From Elusimicrobiota bacterium (GTDB lineage Bacteria > Elusimicrobiota > Elusimicrobia > UBA1565 > UBA9628), in assembly GCA_003151975.1 (NCBI GenBank), contig PLZD01000067.1:1143-65142 (forward strand): 64,000 nucleotides of DNA. The letters are read 5' to 3'. Each line of letters opens with the position of its first letter. Position 1 is the first letter of the stretch. Below, piece after piece: positions 27,814 through 38,000 of this stretch. A model generated the notes under the pieces. It was not told where the DNA came from and ran no database searches. It saw nothing but the letters and a program-made list of their open reading frames with translations. Made by a program: the position numbers and the translations under genes.

Positions 27814-28852
27814 GCTCGGGGAGTTCGAAAAAGAAGGCTGTTCCTTTTCCCGTCGTAAATCCTATGCGCCCGCCGTGTCGCTCGACGATGGCCTTCGAAA
27901 TCGCCAAGCCCAGGCCGGAGCCGCCCTTCTTGTGGCCTTCGGCCTGCGCGAACCGTCCGAAAATCTTATCGCGAAAGGTCTCCGGTATGCCGGGACCGTC
28001 GTCGCGGATGCTCACGCGAAGTGACGCGGCGTCGCGCTCGATGCTCGCGCGTACCACGCCGCCCTCGGGTGAGAACTTGACGGCATTCGAGAGCAGATTG
28101 GTCAACACCTGGCGCAGGCGGTCGGGGTCGCCCATGACCTTGGCGCCGGGAAGTCCGGCCCTCATTTCGAGGGTGACGCCGGTCTTGGCGCCCAGCCCGC
28201 GCGCCGATTCGAGAATGGACTCCGTCAACGCCGAGAGCTCGAGCGGCTCGAGCTTGAGCGGCGCGGCCCCCGAGGTCAGCTTTTCGATGCTGAGATAATC
28301 GTTTATGAGATCCAGCATGAACTGGCTGTTGCGCATGGCCATGCCCAGCATCTTCTCCGCCGTGTCGGGGTGGCGGCGGGCCAGCTCAAGCGAGCCGATG
28401 ATCGCGGTCAGCGGCGAGCGGAGCTCGTGGGTGGCGAGTGCTATGAGCTCGTCCTTCATGGCCTCGACCTTGCGCCGCTCGGTCACGTCGCGGAAGACCG
28501 CGCGTACGTACTCGGCTTTGCCCGCGTCGTCGAAGCGGTAGTTGATGAAGCCCTCGACCTGGAACTCTGTCCCATTCTTGGAAACGAAGATGCGCTGAAT
28601 CTCGCGCAAGGTCTCTCCCGCGGCCAGCTTCGCCTCGTTTTCCGCGACCAGCACCCGCTGGTCGGGGTGCAGGACGTCGTGGGCGTTCATGCTGTTGATC
28701 TCGTCCTGTGAGTAGCCCAGCTTCTCGCGCCAGGCGCGGTTGACGTAAAGGATGCGGCCCCCGGGCGTGGCGAGGATGACGAGGTCGTCGATGTTCTCGA
28801 GCAAGTCCTCGAGGCGCTGGGTCTCCGCGGCGGGAAGTTGGGCGAGCGTCAT
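27803..28852 (-). CDS. cytoplasmic PAS-domain sensor histidine kinase
   Basis: 349 aa with no TM. It has a PAS region (ILATPGGRILYVNRAWREKLGYSQDEI), an H-box (ATHELRSPLTAIIGSLELA), an N-box (LTNLLSNAVKFSP) and G-boxes (DDGPGIP, GGSGLGLAI). Confidence 0.92.
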   Translation of the reverse strand: MTLAQLPAAETQRLEDLLENIDDLVILATPGGRILYVNRAWREKLGYSQDEINSMNAHDVLHPDQRVLVAENEAKLAAGETLREIQRIFVSKNGTEFQVEGFINYRFDDAGKAEYVRAVFRDVTERRKVEAMKDELIALATHELRSPLTAIIGSLELARRHPDTAEKMLGMAMRNSQFMLDLINDYLSIEKLTSGAAPLKLEPLELSALTESILESARGLGAKTGVTLEMRAGLPGAKVMGDPDRLRQVLTNLLSNAVKFSPEGGVVRASIERDAASLRVSIRDDGPGIPETFRDKIFGRFAQAEGHKKGGSGLGLAISKAIVERHGGRIGFTTGKGTAFFFELPELTS

Positions 28853-29008
28853 AGCTTATCTCATTGAAGCTCTACGGGCGGGAATTGTCAATAAGGCGCG
28901 CCCCTTCCTTTAATATGGCGCCAAAGCAACGCTGCGTCCTTTGACCCAAGCGAAGTTAGGCCCATTAACCGCTTCGTTTGGCCCAAAGGGCCCGAGCCCC
29001 GGGTCCAT

Positions 29009-32000
29009 TTGCAGTGCAATAATGGGTCTATGTTGCGGCGCTTCATTGCTACCGTTGTCTGCGCGGCCCTTATCGTGGCCTGCCCCGGCATCGAGTCATA
29101 CCACGCGATAGCCGGCGAGCTCGGCGAGATCAATGTTGGCGCGCGGCGCGCGCCCGCCCTTCCCGCTCTGCCGACCGCGATCCTGCCCGGCATCGCCAAC
29201 ATCACCCAGCTCTCGCAGACGCCGGGAAATCTAGCCACGGTCACCGAGGTCGCAACAGTTCATTCCGCGATCGCGACGCCTGGCGCGGCCGCTGCAAACA
29301 CTTCTTCGATCTCGAACGCCTCGGCGGTTGCTCAGCCTGAGACGGCGGAGGTTGAAAATGCGGGAAAACTGATCACACCGGAGGTCTTGGCGGGACTCAA
29401 CGCCACGACTAAGGGCGTCTCGGAAGCCGTCGAGGCCCTCGCCAAGCCCGATCTGAGCGCCGAGGGCGCGCACGCCGTCGGCGTCCGCCTCGAAGGCGCG
29501 GTTTCGCCTGCGGTCTCCGCCGAAGAGATTTCTCCCGCGGCCTCGGGCTTCTCAAATTTCTCGGGTAATGTTCATGCCAAGCAGAAGCGCGGCCTCGTCC
29601 AGTCCGTCGGCTTCTTTGCGAAAGCCAAGGGCTTCGTCCGCACAATTTCGGTCGCCGCGGTTCTGACGATCGCAACACTCGGCGGCCCCGTGCTGGCCCA
29701 GACCGTTCCGCAGGGCCCGGCGCCGGCCGGCCAGCAGCAGCAGGTTCCAGCTCCCGCCCAGCCCGGCGCGCCCGTGCTCGGCGCGCCTCAAGACACGGTC
29801 CAGGCCGAGGAGCCCGCGCCCAAGCAAATCGGACCCATCTCGGCGACCATCGCGATCCAAGGCCAGAACATGACGGTCGGCGATCGCTTCCACATCGCGC
29901 TCACGCTGACCAACAGCTCGGATAAGCCGGTCACGATCGCCAATCTGCGGAACTCGCTCAACGACGCCCTGCCCACGGACGTCGAGCTGCAGATGAACTC
30001 AGGGTCGGACGCCGTCACGCTAAAGCCCGGCGAGACGCAGACGGTCGTCTTCGAGACCATCGCGTTTGCCTCGGGCGACATCGCGATGGGCGGCCCGCTG
30101 ATTTTCAACGCGCAGCTCAATGGCCAGGCCGCCGAGATGCAGGCCATACTCGCCGACGGCGCGATCACGGTCAAGTCGGTCCTCACGCCCGATTGGAAGA
30201 AGATCGGCTTCAAGGATATCTACAGCGTCCTGCGCCAGGACGTGCCGCTCTGGGCGTGGCTGGCGGCGATCCCGCTGCTGCTGTCGCTGCTCGTCGCCGG
30301 CGAGCGCGTGCTCGCGGCCCAGCGCCGCGGCGCCAAGGTCCTCTCGGTGGGCCAGCCGCTGCTGGTCTCGACGCGCGCGCGCATGAAAGCGCTCGAAGGC
30401 GCCTTGGAGCAAAACGACGCGGCGTTCTACGCCGAGTACTACTCCATACTCTCGACTTTCCTGATCGACTCGCACGGCTTGTCCGTCAAGGAGCGCGACG
30501 CCAAGACCTTGATCTCGGACCTCAAGAAGGCTAAGAAGCTTTCCTCGGGCCAGCTTAAGGTCGCCTCAGATTTAGCGTTCTCAGCGGAAGCCGCGCGGTT
30601 CGGCGGCCGCGCTACGACGGCCGAGCAGCGCTCCGCCGACCTCGCGGCTCTGTCGTCTCTCGTGGACAACATCGCGGGTGCTTCGAAGACGCAGAAAACC
30701 GAAGGCCTACACAGCCTCGGCGGGCCGATGACGGGCCTGCAGTTCGGCAACCCCTACGCGCTGCTGCTCTTTTTGCCGCTGGCTGGGTATCTGGCTTGGA
30801 AGTTCATAGGCCGCAAGCAGGCCAGCGCCCAAGCCGCTTACCCGCTCTCGACGCTTTCCTCGGTCTCGCCGCGCAAGAGTTTCCGCCAGCGCTTCGGTTG
30901 GCTGACGAAGGGCCTTCGCGCCGCCGCCGTTTCCTTAATTCTGCTCGGCATCGCCGATCCCCAACTCGGCGTGCGCCGCCAGGAGACCATCACGCCGTCG
31001 ACCGACACTGAGCTCATCATCGACGTGTCGGGTTCGATGGACGAAGCCTTCAACGGTTCCGGCAGCCCCAGCAAGCTGGTGGCCGCCGAGGAGGCGATGA
31101 AGGCCTACATCAACGAGCAGCGGCGCGGCACGCAGAACCGCGTGGGCTTGGTCACTTTCTCGGACGAGTCTTACGTCGACATCCACCTCACTCAGGACTA
31201 CGACGCGCTGATCGCGCACTTGAAGGAGCTGCATACGATTTCTTCGACGGCGATCGGCAAGGGCATACTGACCGCGACGGGCCAGTTCCTCGAGGCCAAC
31301 GCCTACGAGCTGACCTCGCAGGACGACCCGCGCATCATCGAGGTTCAGCGCCTCATCCGCACCGAAGGCCTCGGCGCCGCTCTCGAGTATGCCAAGCCCT
31401 ACCCGGACCTCATGGACAAGATCGTCCGGCCCGACCGCAAGAAGGTCATCGTCCTTTTCACGGACGGCGAGTCCAACACTGGCCTTGAGCCCATCCCGGC
31501 CTCCGAGATCGCGGCGAAACTTGGCGTGCGCATCTACACGGTCGGCATCGCTCCCAAGGGCGGCACGGGCGTGGGCTACGATGAGAACACGCTGGTCACG
31601 GTGGCCAAGAACACCGGCGCGCAGTTCTTCCGGGCCGATGACGCCGACCGCATGCGCGAGATCCTGCTCGAAATCAATCGCCTCGAGAAGAGCCCGACCA
31701 AGATCGTGTCGGCCGTATCGGTCCAGAGCTACCAGCAATGGTTCATCATGCTGGCGCTGCTGGCGCTGGGCTTGGAGCTTGGCCTGGCCAACACGAGATT
31801 GCGCGTGCTGTCGGGCTTCTTGATGTTCACTTTGCCGTTCGGCAGCGTCGTCAATTTCAACCCGGCGCAGCAGCCTGCCGCGATCGTGCAGACCGTCGAC
31901 GCCCAGGCCCCGGCCGCGGAATCCGCTTTGCCGACCACCGGCGTGCCCGCCGAGGTCGCCGCGGCCAATCTGCTCTTCAACTCGGGCCGGTATGACGAAG

Positions 32001-35000
32001 CGCTCAAGGCCTACGCCAAGGCGCTCGAGAAGTATCCCGACATGGCCGAGCTCTACTACAACATGGGCAACGCCTACTTGAAGCTGGGCGACGTCGACCG
32101 CGCCAAGATCAGCTACGGCAAGTTTTTGAGCCTCAAACCCGACGCGAAGCTGGCTTCGAAGGCGATCTACAACATGGGCAACGCCGCGCTTTCCGCCAAG
32201 GACGTCGAAGGCGCTGTCGACAATTATAAGGAAGCCCTGCGCCGCGATCCGAACAACGACCGCGCCAAGTGGAACCTTGAGGTCATTAAGGCGCTCCAGA
32301 AAGAGCAGCAGCAGCAGCAATCCCAGCAGCAGCAGAAACAGCAGCAGAAGGAAGGCAAGCAGAAGCAGAACGGCAAGCAAAAGCAGAAAGGCGACCAGAA
32401 GGGCGATCAAAAGGGCGACCAGAAGGGCGATCAGAAAGGCGACCAGAAGGGAGACCAAAAGGGCGATCAGCAGGGCAAGCCCGGCGACCAGAAAGGCGAC
32501 GCCCAAGCCAAGCCCGGCGACAAAGAGAAGAGCGGCGCCGACCAGTTGACCGACAAACTCGGCGACCAGGAAAAGAAGGAAGGCGAGGCCGCGCGCAAGG
32601 CCATCCCGCGTAAGGGCGACAAGGTTTGGGGCCTCCTCGGACTGCCGCTGGCGGCCGGCGGCTCAACCGCCTTGGCTTTCGGCTCAGCCTGGATGCTCTG
32701 GGCGCTGGCTTTCGGCCTGCCCGTCGTCGCCGGCCTCATCGCCTACGGCATCCACAAGAAGATTCAAGCCGCCAAGCAGCTGACTCCGGGCACGGCGCCC
32801 GCGGGTTTTGCTTCCTGGTGGGGACGCAACGCTTTCCTGCGCAAGTCGGCGCTGATGATCACGGCGGCAGCCCTCCTTGGCCTGTCAGCGGCCAACCCGA
32901 AGAGCGGCTACAAGGACGAGCGCCTCAACTTCGGCGGCAAGGACATCGAGGTGGTGCTCGATAACTCGCTCTCCATGCTCTACGCCGAGGACGGCCGCGC
33001 CGACCGCACCCGCAAGGAGCTCACCGATTTCATCACGCACATGCAGGGCACCGACCGCATCGGCCTGGTGGTCTTCGCGGGCTCAGCAAGGACCGCGGCG
33101 CCCATCTCAATGGACTACGGCAATTTCGAGTACAAGCTGCAGAGGTTGGAAGTCGAGTCGCGCGGACTTAAATCCGGCTCGGACCTAGCCGCGGCGGTGC
33201 AGTTTGCCGCCAAGTCCTTCGAGGACGTCAAGCAGCTCGAGGGCCGCCAAAGGATCGTCATCATCATCTCCGACGGCGACATTTTCAACGAGGAACTCGA
33301 GGGCGCCGTAAAATCAGCGCAAGAGCACCACATCACGGTCTACACGATCGGCGTGGGCACGCCGGCCGGCTCCAAGATCAAGGTCCCGACCGAGGACGGC
33401 AAGGGCACCGAGTACGTCATCGACGAGAAGACCGGCCAGCCGGCCGTCACGACACTCGTCGAGGAGCCCCTGCGCCAGATCGCCTCGCGCACCGGCGGCG
33501 CCTACTTCCGCGCAGGCTCAGATTCCTCGATGAACCGCATTCTCGAGCAGATTTCGACGCTGCAGAAAGGCGAGAAGGGCGACACGATCAAGTCCCCGCG
33601 CGGCGTGGCGTCATGGTTCTTGTGGCCGACCATGCTCTTGCTGCTGCTCGAGATGCTGCTGCCGAGCAAGTCGGTGCTCAAGGACGACCGCAAAGAGAAA
33701 GCGCGCGGCGTAGCGGTTCTCGGCTTGGCCTCCTTGCCTTTGTCGGGTTATGCTCTGATGCTGCCTTTCGCCGTGCTCACGACCGTCGCCGTGGGCTTGC
33801 TTGCCGCCGACTATTGGAGCGGCGGAGCGATCCGGCGCAAGATCGCCTGGGAGCTCGAGCGCCGCCGCAAGCTCGTGGAAAACGGCGTCTTGACCGACGC
33901 CGCGGGCTTGTTCGATCTGCGCGAGACCGACGCCCCGAAGCTGTCGGCCTTCCTCAAGTCTTGGAGCGAGGCCGATGAGGCTGGAAAGAAAATCTTGTCC
34001 AACGAGGCGGTCTTAGACGAACAGCTGTGGCGCCAGAAGCTCGCCGCGGCCTTCGTCTACGGCAGCGCGCCGGAGACGCAGGAAGCGCTGCTCACGATGA
34101 TGGCGCGCACCGCGCAGAAGCGCCTCGAGCCGATGGCTCCGGTCGCCGAGCAGTTGCTCGCGCGGCGCGGCCGCCTGCCCTGGCTCGACCATGTCGACGC
34201 GGCGCGGCGCCTCGCGCGCCTCGCGCAGGCCTTCCTCGATAATTCGAAGCCTGAGAATCACGCCGCTTTGGTTTCGCTGCTCTCTCACCCCGACGCCGAG
34301 GTCCAGCAGGCCGCGCGCCAGGCGTTAGGCAGCGAAGTCCCGGCGCCGGCCCTCAAACGCGGGTTTTTCTTCAACTGGCGCAAATGGCTCTCGGTCGCCC
34401 TCTCGACTCTGATGCTCGCGTCCTCCATGACTTGGGCGGGCTTCTCCGGCTACAAGACGACGCAATTCTTCGAGGAGTCGGCCAAGGCGCGGGACTTCTC
34501 GATGCGGACCTTCTACCGCGAGGACATGTTCGTCTTCTCGGACCACTACGCCGACGACCGCATCACGACCGACGTCCTGCCGGCTCTCAAGGCGTGGCAA
34601 GAGAACCCGCAGTCCGCGGGCGCGGGCCTCGAGCGCGCACTGACGGTTCTCTCGCAGTCCCCCGATCCCAAGGCCGACAACGTGCTCGAAGTTATCCTTA
34701 AGCACGGCGACATCCTGCCGCTCACGCCGAAGGCGGAGTATATGCTGCTCCACACCCTCGTCATCCGCGACAACGACGACGTCTGGCGCTTCATGGAGGA
34801 CCACCTCCAGAAGAGCGCGCGCAACCCGCGCGCCGTCATCCTGATGGAGAAGATGATCGCCATAGGTGCTGCCGAGGGCAACGAGAAGGTTTTCCAGAAC
34901 ATCTTCCATTTCCTGAAGAGCCCCAGCGAGCAGATTCAGCAGGTGGCCACGGCCGCGATCGCGGCGTCGCTGTCGGCGCCCGACAAGGTGGCCAAGATCT

Positions 35001-38000
35001 TCGACCGCCTGACCGACGTGCAGTCGCGCTACGCTCAGGACCCCGAAATGAATTTGTGGGTGGAAAACTTCGTGCTCCAGCGTCTGGCGACGGCCGAGGC
35101 CAAGGACATCGACTCGGCCAAGGCGCGGGGCCTCATCGACAAGATTTTGGACGCGGGGTCGCCGTGGGCGGCGATGCGCGCTCAGGCGCTGGCCGCCCAA
35201 GCCGCGCAGCAAGCCCAGCAGCAGCCTCAAGCCGGCGCCGCCCCGGGCGCCGCTCCCCAGGCCCAGCAGCAAGCTCAGATTCCGCCGCCTTTCATCTTGA
35301 TCGTGTTCGGCCAGATGAACGACGCCGAGCAAGCTTTCGTTTCGAACGGCCAGGCCGTCCCCGGGCCGCTGGCCGACATGGTCAAGTACGCGGTCAACCG
35401 CACGATGACGCAGCTCATTAAGGAGGGCGAGGCGAAGTTCGGCGATTTGCACAAGCGTCTCATCGAAGCCGGCGTCGTCCTGCCCGATACTGAGAACTCC
35501 TACGGCGGCGGCTACGACGACGACTACGAGGGGCGCGGTTGGGGCGGCTACCGCGGCGGTCGCGGCGGCAGTTATTCCAGCACGTCGCAGAACTACCGCG
35601 AGCTCTACAAGCTCCAGCACATCCGCGATTTCGCCAAGCAGCTTTCCGAGGCCGCCCAGACGAGCGCCGCGGCCGACAGCGCATCGGTGAAGCCCGAGAC
35701 CCTCGAGTATCTCGACCGCGCCGCCCAGGCTTTGAAAATCATGGAGCCTCTGGGGCAAGCGTCGGGCATGCTCGATGGCGGCAGCGTGGGGGAGAAAGCG
35801 GCCGACGAGGTCAACAAAGTCCTCGACGCCACGGCCTCCAAGCTCACCGGCAGCGGTTTCCTCAACGCCCTGCGCGCCAAAAACGTCGCGCCCAGCAACG
35901 GGGTGGATTCCGGAGCCGCGCGCTTCCTCGAGACCTACACTTTCGAGAACATCGAGGCGATCAAGGCCGTGATCCGGGAGATCGCGGCATCCGGCAAGGG
36001 CTGGGACTACCAGGGCAACCAGCGGACTTTGCTGCTCAGCGAGAAGCAGGCGCTGGCCGCGGCCCTCGACGAGCTCACCGCCGCCGAAGCCAAGGTCTAT
36101 CCGGACAAGGCTAAGCCCGCGGCAGCGAGCGATTTCTGGAAGACGCTGGAGACGCCCGGCGAAGAGAGCCTGGCGTTGGCGCGCTTGAGCGTGGGCGCCG
36201 CCGCGCACGCGGCCGATGCCGAGTTCCAGCTGCGCGCGCTCAACTACCTGACGGCGCACGCCGACAAGAATTCCAATCCCGACGAGCTTTCCGAGATCAT
36301 CGCCCAACTGGCCAAGGCCGTCGAGAAAACCGACAAGGCCCCCGAGGTCCTCTCGATTCTCGCGCGCGTCGTCGACGGCAGGGCAGATAGCGATCCGCTG
36401 ACCGCCGCCATCCGAAAAGAGTATCAGCGCCAGGCGTCCGTCACGATCGCGGACGCGGTCTCAGGCTTCGGAAACCTGAGCCAGAAGCTGATCGATCTCA
36501 AGGTCCGGCCTTCCTCTTATTCCGATAAGCCGTACAAACTGATCGATCTCAAGGTTTTCCTTAAGGCGGTCGAGGACGAGGCGGCCGCCGTGGCCGGGCC
36601 GAATATGAGCGAGGACGCAAAGAAAGCGGCCGCTCGGGCACGGCTGATGGTGCCCAAGATCATCGAGCTGGGGACCAAGGTCGGCATCACGCCGGGAGAC
36701 TCCCCGGCCGATCTCGTCGCCGGTCCGGTCAACGATATCCTGCACCAGGGCTGGCAGCTCTTCGACGGCTCGACCTTCCTCGAGGCCATGCGCCGGCAGG
36801 GACTCGAGCCCGCGGGCAGCTCGACCGACATCTACACGGGCTACTACCAGGCTTACTCCAAGGACAGCCTCGAGAAGATCCTGAAATGGCTCAAGAACGT
36901 GAAGGCTTTGGGCGACGGCTGGAAATCGCAAGACATGTCCACCAAGCCCCTGAGCGACAAGGAGAAGGAATACCTCGACAAGGCCATCAAGGGCATCCAG
37001 GACCAGATCGACAACTATCCGAAAGCCGGGCCCGCCGCGACCGAAAAGAAAGTGTTCCACGGCATGGCGCTCGTCGGCTTGGGAACGCTCGGCACGGCGA
37101 TTTCCTGGATCGGAACCGGCCTGCTGATCGCGGCCGCGGCGGTGGTGATCTACTACGTGGTCCGCGCGGCGCTTAAGAAGACGAAGGCCGCGAGTCTGAC
37201 CCCCGTTTTCAACGCGGCGGCCGAAAGAACCGCGCCGGGACTCGACGGCAGATTTAAGAAAATCGAGATCACGGCCAAGCGCGTGGCCAACTCGGTGGCC
37301 GGCGGCAACTTTCGATCCGTTTTCATCGGCGCGGGCGGCACGGATTTCGCGGAAAGCAAGCCCTACGCCGGCGAGGACCTGCGCGACGTCGACTGGAAGA
37401 CCACCGCGCGCCAGGGCGAGCTCTACGCCAAGAAGTACGAGCTCGAAAAAGACATGCCGCTCATGCTGCTCATCGATCTCTCGCGCTCGGCCCAGTTCGG
37501 CACGCGCGGCGAATCCAAACGTGGCGTTATTGAAGACGCTTCCTCGGTTCTCGCGCTGGCGGCCGCCAACACCAACCTGCGCGTCGGCGCCATCATCTTC
37601 TCCGACAAGGTCGAGGCCTACATCCCGCCGCAATCCGGCGTCAACCACGCCCGCGAGATCGTGCGCCGCGTGCTCGCGTTTGATCCTAAGGGCCAAGCCA
37701 CGGACCTCAAGCCTGCGCTCGGTCTAGCGCTTAAGGAACTGCGTTCCCGGTCCATGATCGCGGTCGTCTCGGATTTCATCGCTCCTGATTTCAAGAATTC
37801 GCTGATGGCGCTCTCAGCGCGCCACGACCTGCGCCTGATCCGCGTCTCCGATCCCGCCGAGACCGCGCCCCTGCCAAAGGTGGGCCTGGTGCTCGTGCGC
37901 GACGCCGAGACCGGCGAGGTGCGCTACGTCGACACTTCCGATACGCGCTTCCGCACCGAGCACGCCGCCTTGCTGGCCAAGCAGGAAGCCGCCCGCCAGG

